From contig NW_014040420.1 of the NCBI RefSeq assembly GCF_001186125.1, forward strand, positions 116,493-136,492: DNA of 20,000 nucleotides, given 5' to 3'. This DNA comes from Sphaeroforma arctica JP610. Taxonomy: Eukaryota. Below the pieces are notes generated by a model. That model was not told the DNA's origin and did no database searches. It saw only the letters and a list, made by a program, of their open reading frames with translations. The position numbers and the translations under genes are program-made. The stretch's first letter is position 1. Each line of letters begins with the position of its first letter. Shown piece by piece: positions 1 through 9,639 of the stretch.

Positions 1-1041
1 GAGCGAAAGAGAGAGGGGGGTTGGAGGGGCCAGTGATGCTAGTGTATTTGTGTAAGCGTCAAGATGTGTATGCGTGTGCGCGGCATTGTATGTTTCTACA
101 TCTTGCTACTTGCTATCGGTGTTTTGATACTCAAACGTGACTATAATGTACTGTACACGCTTTAACAAATTAGTTTGAGCTTGGCTCGTCCAGCAGTAAG
201 TCTCCATAGACAAGCCCGACCAGGGGTCCAATACATAAGTGGTTGAAACCGTTTAATCTCCAAGCCATCGAGCCACCCGCCTTAGCAACGGATCCAGCAA
301 TGTCAAGGCATTAAACTCTTGAACTAGCACGTACTTGCCTGTATGCTATCGTTGGTCTTTTTTTTTCACCATAGTTTCAGGCTAATACCACTGGATTATC
401 CTTTCTCCTCTCTAAGCATTGCATGTGCGGTCTGTCTACCTGTGCATGGTGCCAAGCCCGAGTTTCGGAGATAATTGTACACTCCACTGACATTGGGTGT
501 TTTAAACCTCAGTTGATTGGGCAGTCGGTTGACAATCGAAAGGCTTTCAGTTCGACTCGTTCTGAACGCCTATTTCTCTAAAGGAATTCATGGGAGCGGT
601 CGGGTGGCTTCTGCATGTACACACGGAATGGCTGTCAAGGTTTAACTCTCACACTTGACAACCCCTTTGCACTGATAGAGAAGGCAGACATCTTTCGTTG
701 GTGACCCGTTCAAAGCTAAATACCGCGATCTCTTTCGGACGAATCTACGTCATTATCATACAATGGATGTGGTACCCACGGTGTAACGTTCCGACGACCA
801 CTATTTGGAACACACTCTCGTCGGTTGACCTGCACATTTCCGGGGCAATTGGTTCAATATAAATGCGTGTGTAGGTATATGTAAACATCTTTATATTTAT
901 ATACGTATATTATGAAGCCAGATGGTATCCGAACGAACTGGATGTCCTATTCCTACCACAACCGAATATTGTCAGCAGGACTCTTCCGCCTATTAAAATA
1001 GCTATGGTGCGAAACCCACTCTATGCATCACAGTATGGAAC

Positions 1042-1177
1042 ATGTGTGTGTGGATATGTGTATATATATATATAGATATATATAGATATATATATATATA
1101 TTATATATATATATACATATATGTATATATATATATATATATACTATATAATAATATATATATATATTATTTATATA

Positions 1178-1244
<67 letters not shown>

Positions 1245-1328
1245 TGTATGAATGTATGTATGTATGTATTTATGTATGTATGTATGCATGTATGCATGTA
1301 TGTATGTATGTATACATGTATGTATGTA
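1042..1328. repeat. (TA)n grading into (TATG)n microsatellite
   Basis: Directly visible low-complexity tract; the ORFs 1042..1251 and 1121..1411 are translations of it. Confidence 0.97.
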
Positions 1329-1741
1329 CGCTTAAGCTCGTCGAATATCTATCAAGTGATAATCTCAAAAAGAACATTTTAGCCCAACTATCTCAAAAGC
1401 ATACACTCTAAAGTTTGCACATCCTATAATCCCCCTATCCATTACTCCGCTACAATTTTAACAGCAGGCTTACTAGTAGCACGTTCCCGTATGTTAGTTC
1501 AGTCAAAGGACAACCACATAGACCACTCTTGTTTATAGTCCATCGCAAACATATTGAAATACAAAATAGATTTTGCAACCAGAATTACACGTGTCGTATG
1601 ATTATTCTCAAAGTTAGGAACAGCACACCTCAACTTATAGGTTGAAATGAGAGCTCCACTCCGATACATTTCACTTGTCCGAAACAATTCATATACAAAT
1701 GCAAAATGCGGTCTGCATACAGTGATGCACTTATTTTCCCC

Positions 1742-2161
1742 CTATAACAACCAATGAGCTCTTGCATCAGGCAAAGGTGCCCTGAACACACGCACGAAGA
1801 CTAAACTGTTATCTGTATCGTCAAAACCACTAATTAACCCCCCATCAATCTCTTCTTTATCTCCAATATCTATCCCACGCACGTAAAGGTACAAAATAAA
1901 GTACATAAATAGTACTCCGAAATACTTCCAACTGTGGTACACCTTGCGTGTACAAATATAATATAACGTTTGCAAACAGACATACATAAGTCTGATTGAT
2001 TTAAGAGTGTGTAACATACCTTGTGATCTTGTGACAGGCAATGGAGCCTTAAACACATGCTCAGAGCCTATACTGGTATCGCTATCGCCTACATTGCTGA
2101 CTATGTCTCCATCGAACTCTTCATCGTCGCTACTGTCCACATCTTTTAGTATGATACCCAT
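1742..2161 (-). CDS. 5' part of a - strand gene of unknown function (acidic N-terminus); exon 1 = 2161-2020, followed by a diverged duplicate of that exon (~1869-1750); possibly a pseudogene
   Basis: ATG at 2161, MGIILKDVDSSDDEEFDGDIVSNVGDSDTSIGSEHVFKAPLPVTRSQ, then CAAG|GTATGT donor at 2019. A second block DIGDKEEIDGGLISGFDDTDNSLVFVRVFRAPLPDARAH aligns to it. Downstream exons could not be assembled without stops. Confidence 0.4.
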   Translation of the reverse strand: MGIILKDVDSSDDEEFDGDIVSNVGDSDTSIGSEHVFKAPLPVTRSQGMLHTLKSIRLMYVCLQTLYYICTRKVYHSWKYFGVLFMYFILYLYVRGIDIGDKEEIDGGLISGFDDTDNSLVFVRVFRAPLPDARAHWLL

Positions 2162-2396
2162 AGTGTGCTGATAGTACTATCGTGTGTCTATTTTCATCTA
2201 TTAATATAAGTGTTTATGATTGCGTTGGTGCATGTATGTGTGTACAACAGTCTATCTCCAGTTTAAGTATATCTAGGGCGGCCTAAGCTTGTATAGAAAT
2301 AAATATTTTAACTTTATATACACGACACGGAAAACTTTAGTTGTATATATTATAAATCACTGTTCATACATTATCAGTCAGACATTGCAGTGACAC

Positions 2397-2458
2397 TTTT
2401 GGCGCGCAGCTGTGGTCCAATAGAAACACGTGAATTCTCATACTTTTACGCGGGAAAA
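2397..2458. promoter_or_regulatory. Putative cell-cycle promoter module: two E2F-type sites, CCAAT box, CACGTG
   Basis: TTTTGGCGCG 2397-2406, CCAAT 2417-2421, CACGTG 2427-2432, GCGGGAAA (=TTTCCCGC on -) 2450-2457, clustered in ~60 bp between two divergent ATGs (2161 - and 3070 +). Confidence 0.5.
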
Positions 2459-2639
2459 AAGTATTTTCCAAAAAGAATGTATACACACGAAAGGACACAT
2501 AGCAATGACAGCAGGACAGCGACTAAAAGTATATAATCAAGTGAACGGCCAAGAGACCTAAAGGTTAAAGGTTAAAGCTTCTGCAGTGTAAATATAAGAG
2601 TATGTATTTATTTATCTACAATAGATAAGTATATAAAGG

Positions 2640-2750
2640 ATATAAAGGTGTAGAGTATGTATACCAGACAGGCAGGTAGTGCGTATAGGTATAATAAGCA
2701 CATGAGAATATAAAGGTGTAGCGTATGTATAAAACACAGACAGGTAGTAC
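2640..2750. repeat. Two-copy ~43-bp direct repeat
   Basis: atataaaggtgtagagtatgtataccagacaggcaggtagtgc (2640-2682) vs atataaaggtgtagcgtatgtataaaacacagacaggtagtac (2708-2750). Confidence 0.75.
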
Positions 2751-3069
2751 AAAGTTGACACATTCCAAGCGATCAGCTTTACTTGGGAAAAGTAATAACT
2801 AAGCAACACAATACCGTATCCTCGTACACTATATAGCACATGCATATGAATAATCATCTATATGGAAACTACTGTAGCTGTTCATGGTTGTTTATGAATA
2901 CAGTACGATAATAATCATACACAGTATCGCACCTATATGAAACAAACTACAAGTATCTGTCGTATATATAGAAACATACAGTAACAAACACATATACGAC
3001 TATGAAATCGAGCAGAAGATAGTTGGCTATATACACAGGTATAGCCTCTCAGTATCTATATAAACTATT

Positions 3070-6000
3070 ATGGGAGTCATTTCATCGGATGCGGAATCTG
3101 AGGTTGAAGTGGTTGTCAAGACAACACGGCGAAGCCGGAATTCTGGACCTACTAAGTCAATGAAAGACATCTCAGACTCAGAGCTCGACGGAGAAAGTGT
3201 GGCCAGTGAAGCTGGTTACGAGGATCAAAGTGAGGACGAGTATAATGGTAAGATTGATAGATAGTATTCTGTTACTTGAATAGGGCCTGGTAGTTAGTGT
3301 ACTATTAGATGGATAGATGTGCATATCAATAACAGATCACTATTCCAATGGTATGAGGTTGTATATATCTAAGTGTAGTAGAATACAATGTGATGAAGTG
3401 ATTTATTTTATATATGCTATGATATCAGGAGATGTACATCCTTCTAAGTACAGATTAAGACGATAGTAGGAGCAATGTGTACTTATCTACGTACATTCTT
3501 ACTGCTAATCTGTTAAGATATGTTCAGAGTTTCTCTTTCGCATAACCCCAAGTATACTTGAATTTTCACGCAAAGTCCCTGTTCTAGTTTTTATTCTGCG
3601 CCGATAGAAAGTCTCGTGCTACATACTAGAGGGGCATACCAATGCTATATGTTCAACAGATTGGTGTGAAGCCATTTCTATAAATATGTACAAAGAGTGT
3701 GTGTTCTGTGCGCTTAGAATCATCTGCAGGATACCTCATATGCCTCAATATGCGATGCAAGTCGTATGTATGTATTTAGTTGTGGGCGGAGATGAGTGTA
3801 CGCATACTGGTATCTGATAGGTTGATTGTGATCCCTGCCTACAATAGCAGCCCCCTGTCTTGTGTGTTTATATGCCAGTATAGGTAATCACTTTCGCATA
3901 TCCACCTGTTTTAATTTGCGTACACCGATATGAAGCTGTACACGATTTGTCTCATTGACAATCTACGGATGACTATGACGAGAATTGGTAAGTTTGTGAT
4001 CTCTTTTCTGCTTTACGTCTGAGTGATAAACCCATTGTAGAAACCTTTTGCTGCTTCTGATGCGTGTTTGCCAATCACGTATATAGCAGGTATCAATATG
4101 TGTCTCTCTGTGATTATTAGATAGTATGTTGAACCTCCAATCTTATGATTCTTCGATAGTATGTTAAACCATCATCTTCAAGCTTGCGTAGTGCCATATG
4201 CACCATAGTAAATAACAAGGTAACGAGAAGTTGATTTGCTATGTGTTGTTGCGCTAGTAGGTATGGTATGACTATAGCTACATCGTGTTATATCACCACA
4301 ACGCTTATGATAGCACACAACCTACTTAGCAAATCTAGGTTTAAAGGTGCCCTTCATACAATACTCAGTTGTATGCAGATACATTCCCTAATGATATATT
4401 TATTTAATTCACACACACATAGGGTACCTCCCCCCCCCCCCCCCACACGCACACACTTTCAGCCTGTGATGTGTCTGTGCTAGAGAGGGCCATTGTTAAC
4501 TTCCAAATTCTCTTTTATTTCAGTTGACGATGATGACTCTGATTTCGAGGCGAAACCTAAGGTTAAAAAAGCTACCGCGAAGAAAGCCAGCAAAGCGAAA
4601 GCCGTCAAACACACTGAAGACAGGTATGTTCCACTCGCTGCCCAGATTCTAATCCAAACAGAATTGTACAAAACCTATTTATACTCGATTTGTTGTTTTT
4701 ATCTCGAAATGCAAGTCTAAATTGGACATTCTATGTTTGATTGGCAGCATGATAACAGTCTTGGATGACGATTCTGATCTAGACGATACCGGTTTTGTCC
4801 CGGTATTGCCACCCAAGAGGATAACACCGAAGAAGAGCGCATCGAGCATTGACTTGGATATGGATGAGAATGATGACGACGTATGTGTTGTGCTGTCACT
4901 AGTTTGACCCCTGTTTTTGTTTGGGTGGGTAGGTATGGGATACATGCTACACACTTGTATGCACACATTTGACGTTATGTCGAGACACACAAACATGCGC
5001 AGGCATGGCTGTATAACTGAAACAATTTCATTATCTGTGTATAAAGCTCAGACTGGCGTATTTCGCGCTAACCCCACCAACTTAGGAATCAAAGACGGGA
5101 ACTATCAAACCTGATGGGACGGCCGATGCAGAACCCAAGAAACCCAAGGGTAGACCGAAGGCGAACACGCGCATGCTGGCCACCATGCCCGTCAAGATGT
5201 CAGCCAAGCTAATCCCAGCAGTAATTTTCGAGCCCTCGGATGAAGTGGTATGTGTGGGGCGCTTACGTGCTTCTACTATGTAACCATTCTCATTCTTTTT
5301 TTCGTGTTTTTGTGTCGATAGGCGTGTATATCGAATTTAGCGTAGTATCATGAGCATACGTGTTGATGCAAGATTACATCTAAATGCATCATATATCCAT
5401 TATCATGTGTGTATATACCTCCTCAACTCGTCTCAGCGTTCGCCGAGAGCTCTGTCAGATTGTGTACAAGTGCATATGTGCGTTTAACCAACGCTCAAAC
5501 AATATCAGCGTGGGTCATGAGTCTAGTCACTCAGTGCAAATGCAGACGTGTTATTCTTAGGTTATCTGAAAGAATCTTTCAGCGCAATTCAGGGCTTATA
5601 GTGTAGATAATGAAACAGTACATGGCTGTGTCGCATCCTTTATTGCAATCTGGTTATAGATTTGGGATAGCTACAGCCGTGTGTGTCGTCATACTGCCTA
5701 TCTTTTCTAGTACTATACCTATACGTACTATCTTCATACCTACCTACATGTTCCAAATACCTCCCGATATGTTCTATTTGTAGGACCTCGATGGAGATAC
5801 GGGCGCGGTCGGGCGGTTTTTTGCACCATCGGCAGAAGACAACATGTTCAGACTTGACTTGAAAGGTTATACTTTCCAGGGACTACCAAGACCTTGCGCC
5901 ACATTCATGGTTATGAAAGTTAGCAACGGCGAGGCCAAGGTGGAATCCCTTATCGACACTTATCTGGATCTGGAATGGTATGTCAATTTTTGTTTCCTTC

Positions 6001-7993
6001 CCTTAGAGTTGGGATGTAGGGTTTCGATGTGTGTGACTGGGGATGAAGTTGGGAAAAGAGCTGCCAAAACCATGTGCCACATTCAGGGCCATGTGAGTTA
6101 GCAACGGAGAAGCCAATATCAGGTCACGTAACGATACCTACTTTGATTTAGACTGGTATGCCTTTCTAATTCGCAATTGTTCCGCGCTTTCGGACTAAAA
6201 ATGAGTGAATCAATATGCATTTATATTGATCTACACATGTCTGCTTTTTACAATATTTCGTGGCGTGTGACATGGTAAGCAAAACACGCAATGGCGAGCT
6301 CCTGCTGGGCACATTTCGCTCCATTATTCTTCCTTCTATACATGCATGCGGTAGGGGTAGTATTTAGGAAACCGCTTGTCTGTTTAAAATAGTATATCAA
6401 ACGTACCCTGACTTTACCATCCACACACGTGCATACAGTATCGACAGTATTTATAATACCACAGAAGTATTAGCCAGTTTCGTTGTGTTTGCACTACAAA
6501 CCACTCCCCTTCTCTACTCGAACACGTTCATACCGTACCAACAAAGTGTACAATAGCGCAGAAGTTTTGAACGATGATTTAAGTTAATACCAAAGTATAT
6601 ACCAAATCGATTGCTCAAATACACACGTGCACCGTATCGGCGGTGTGTATAATACCATAGACGTGTGGAGTGCTATCATAGCGTAACACCGGGATTAAAC
6701 ACTAAATCAGAACTTTGTATAGACGTGTGTAGTTCCGAAAGTGTGCGATGCCACGGTAGTGGAGATTAGCACTGCGAGTATTGCAGTGTTGCACCAAGAA
6801 TCAATACCAAATCAATTATACATATGCATGTCTGCAGTAGAATGCCGCTGAGGTATTGAACGGTAGCATGGGTGTTGCACCAACCATTAAACACTAAATC
6901 AAACCTTTGTATGCACACGTACAGTATCGACAGTGTGTACAATGCCACAGAGGTGTTAAACGGTAACATAGATGATGATGAGGGCGATGATATGGACGAT
7001 GAGATCGCGTCCGATTATGAAATGAACGGCAACGGTAAAAGGTAGGTACTTGCGAGCACCGCCAGATCTGGTTTATGTAATGAGTTTGTTAAACTTTGAT
7101 TACACGTGTTCTAGACAGGGGTTGTCCCCCACTTTGGTTGGCGGAAACGGACTGGTCAAATTGGATTCAAAATTGCAAAGACATTTTTTGACCTGTGATA
7201 TTTTGAAGACCTGCGTATCGATAATAATGTCTGGTTGAATGTTGTTCAATAAACCGCATATTAACCTTTACAGTACAGTTCTGTCCACGTTCATGCCACG
7301 CGTCAGGAGGAATAATTTTCAAGTTCGTAGATACTTATGGTTAATTGTTTGTGCATAATTACTTATAAATAACTACCTATAGATAGTCACTTATAGATAA
7401 TTACATGTACATAAATAGACGATTGCACATAGAGAATTCCTTATGGAGAGATAGATAGTTACTTATTGATAAATACTTTATAGTCGCGTGCATGTAATGA
7501 GCGCTTAAACTCAAATGAATTGCTTCCACAATTAAATAGACACCCATGACTCACACAGCTTATGCTGCAGTAAGCGCATACTCATATCTAATCATCCTCG
7601 CATATAGGCCGGGTGACGGCAAATCAAGCAAGAAGACATCCAAGAAAATCAAAGTGCTGGCCTCAGATGATGTGGCTCCGACGGTGGTATGTCAATTGAT
7701 GTGCACATGCCAATTTTTATGGGCCTAGGGTACTCTTCTCATCCTTATTTATTTTTCGGCATCATGGGATACTTCTTCAGAGCGTGTACAATACTGTACA
7801 TAACGTTTATGTTAAAAAGAATGCCTTGTTTTTCCAAGTTAGGGCCACTGATTGCTAATATCTTACCTCTAAATACATCACTGATGCTTTTTATTCACAG
7901 GGGAAAGCGGGCAAGGCCAAACCGAAAGCAAAACCGAAAGCAAAAGCAAAACCGAAAAAGGTTGTGAAAAAACCGACGGCACCCAAGAAGTGA
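3070..7993 (+). CDS. BIN4: BIN4/MIDGET-like DNA-binding protein (topoisomerase VI accessory subunit), 8 exons, 351 aa
   Basis: Exons 3070-3247, 4524-4623, 4748-4880, 5086-5247, 5784-5977, 6925-7041, 7608-7686, 7901-7993. All introns are GT..AG, phases are compatible, total 1056 nt, no internal stop. Core TMPVKMSAKLIPAVIFEPSDEVDLDGDTGAVGRFF..MFRLDLKGYTFQGLPRPCATFMVMKVSNGEAKVESLIDTYLDLECIDSVYNATEVLNG matches the BIN4 C-terminal domain as I recall it (DLSGDMGAVGR..LDLKG..TF.VV...EAK.E..SNVYEAE). Acidic/basic disordered N-terminus, KKPKGRPK AT-hook-like motif, Lys/Ala/Pro-rich tail. Confidence 0.88.
6061..6161 (+). pseudogene. Intronic decayed duplicate of the last 95 nt of BIN4-like exon 5 with its donor site
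   Basis: Gapless alignment of 6061-6155 to 5883-5977 (67/95 identical by hand count). Reads LPKPCATFRAM*VSNGEANIRSRNDTYFDLD vs LPRPCATFMVMKVSNGEAKVESLIDTYLDLE; TG|GTATGC donor at 6156. Confidence 0.85.
6421..6972 (+). repeat. Degenerate tandem array (~97-bp period, 6 units) of the intron-5/exon-6 acceptor junction
   Basis: Exon-start copies begin at about 6439, 6536, 6635, 6733, 6838 and 6925 (the modelled exon), e.g. catacag|TATCGACAGTATTTATAATACCACAGAAGTATTA vs cgtacag|TATCGACAGTGTGTACAATGCCACAGAGGTGTTA. The linker attaaacactaaatca recurs at 6694 and 6886. Confidence 0.8.
7328..7483. repeat. Degenerate ~14-bp minisatellite (taattacttataga) in intron 6
   Basis: Consecutive units taattacttataaa / taactacctataga / tagtcacttataga / taattacatgtaca, then tagttacttattga. 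Confidence 0.65.
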
Positions 7994-8031
7994 TCTCGAG
8001 AATGATTCCGTCACAAAAAAAAATTGTTTCT

Positions 8032-8424
8032 TTAAAGTTGTGTACAATTGGTATATTTCAAACTCACTAGACTATCACTGTCCAAAATGTGATAGGGCCA
8101 ACACGCAGCTTTGTAGTTGTGTAAAGGGTGTATGATCACCCTGTAAAACTTCATCTTACACCATAAAGATGGCAGCATTGCTGATGCTGCCGTTGACATC
8201 CCTGTCACGTACGAGACCACAATGTGACAATATGTTGCAACATATCGGTTATAACGGGTGTATTCGTGGAAACACAATTTCACACTCATAGGCAGTAAAT
8301 CGTCCTTTGGATTTTGTACTTCATCGATAGCTTGCAGTAGGTCAAAAACCCATGTTTCGGCAAGCTTGCTAGACAAATCTTTGAAAGTACTGAATGATTT
8401 GTGTTCTAGACAAGTCATAGACAA
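8032..8424 (-). other. Unidentified coding-like segment with a diverged relative at ~15727-15790
   Basis: 130-codon ORF; LAETWVFDLLQAIDEV resembles TWQDWAIDLLKAVNKV in ORF 15503..15913 (-), with nucleotide similarity around agtaggtcaa. Confidence 0.3.
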
Positions 8425-8609
8425 CTTTTTTTTTTCTCGAAGATGACAATTTTAATTCTATCTTTTCTGAATCCGTATTTCACTCTCCTCCCCTATCCAA
8501 TCATACATGTAGCCTATCGGGGTAGACGACAGTCCCTGTTCCCGTCTTACACGGTCATAAGCTGTCTTATGTTGCACCGAAGCAAACGTTGACGCTCGCT
8601 ATCTAACTT

Positions 8610-8832
8610 ATATACACATTTATGTATATGTATATGTACATGTATATGTACATGTATATGTATATGTGCATGTATATGTATATGTACATGTATATGTATA
8701 TGTACATGTATATATCTCCTTATTTGTATGTACATTTATACGTATTTGTATGTGTATATGTATGTGTACATGTATATATATGTATATAAGTATATGTATA
8801 TACATATATATATATATGTGTATATATATATA
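8610..8832. repeat. (TATGTA/TACATG)n and (TA)n microsatellite
   Basis: Directly visible; explains ORFs 8547..8735, 8620..8805 and part of 8720..8959. Confidence 0.95.
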
Positions 8833-9004
8833 ATATAGAATAAATGTGTGCGAGAGAATATGTACAACTCAAATGACAATATGCATAGATGTTCGTACAT
8901 GTGCTCAGATATAAAATCGAATTATGCTCATGAGTTATATGCAAACTGTATATGCGCATGTAGGTTCTGAAACTACGAAATCCGAACTATTAGAAATTGG
9001 CACT

Positions 9005-9412
9005 TTACTTAAAGTAGTTGTGTAGCAACCCTGCGAGAAGTAAAATACACACATGCAGGTTCAACAACTGGTTTCCGGTGTAGTACATCTTGACCTGACT
9101 CTCTGCCAAGTGAGTGAGCATCAGTCCCCCCGTAACAAAAACTTGCACCTCATTTGTCACAGCAGAGAAATATCCCGTCGCATAAAGCGACATCAAGCCT
9201 CCGTAGAACACCCAAATGCCACAAATACGCCATACCAACGTCTTCGTGTCTGGCCTCGTAGATGTGCTTGGTGCGTCATCTCTTTTCTTGGCATCTGCCA
9301 CAGCTCCTTTGCGACCAACCTTCATAAGTCTCTCCGGGGCAAACATAAGCATTGGGGAGAAGGCAAGGGTCACCAAGGCATGGTAGGCCAGCACAGCCGA
9401 TAAGACGTGCAT
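9005..9412 (-). CDS. Small intronless ~4-TM membrane protein, paralog A (remote ERG28-like motifs)
   Basis: 135-aa ORF with four hydrophobic segments; ~55% identical (hand count) to 11001..11399 with ATG and stop positions conserved; RxCGIW and H..E motifs. Confidence 0.85.
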   Translation of the reverse strand: MHVLSAVLAYHALVTLAFSPMLMFAPERLMKVGRKGAVADAKKRDDAPSTSTRPDTKTLVWRICGIWVFYGGLMSLYATGYFSAVTNEVQVFVTGGLMLTHLAESQVKMYYTGNQLLNLHVCILLLAGLLHNYFK

Positions 9413-9639
9413 GCTTCGGAAAAATTATAATACTGCTAGTTGGAATTTGGTGCATAACCTTGCTGGAAACTATATGAAACAATTTACACGCAATAAATAC
9501 ATGTTCAATTTTTGTTGGAAGGAAAAACAATGAAACAAACGACAAAATATTTACATATTTTTATTTATAAATACATATACAGTAGTCAGTATCGGAATTT
9601 ACGTACATATTTACATACACATTAGTCTTTCCAGTTATT

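Noticed and set aside
1042..1411. ORFs rich in Y/I/M/C/V
   Set aside because: Translations of TA/TATG microsatellite; the same applies to 8547-8959.
4480..4996. - strand ORFs overlapping BIN4-like exons 2-3
   Set aside because: Antisense shadows of real exons.
6421..6972. Repeat-spacer periodicity suggestive of CRISPR or an ncRNA array
   Set aside because: The units are degenerate copies of the exon-6 acceptor, and the linkers are also homologous to each other.
9053..9545. ORFs 9053..9403 (+) and 9276..9545 (-)
   Set aside because: Antisense or alternate-frame shadows of the 9005..9412 gene; not conserved with the paralog.
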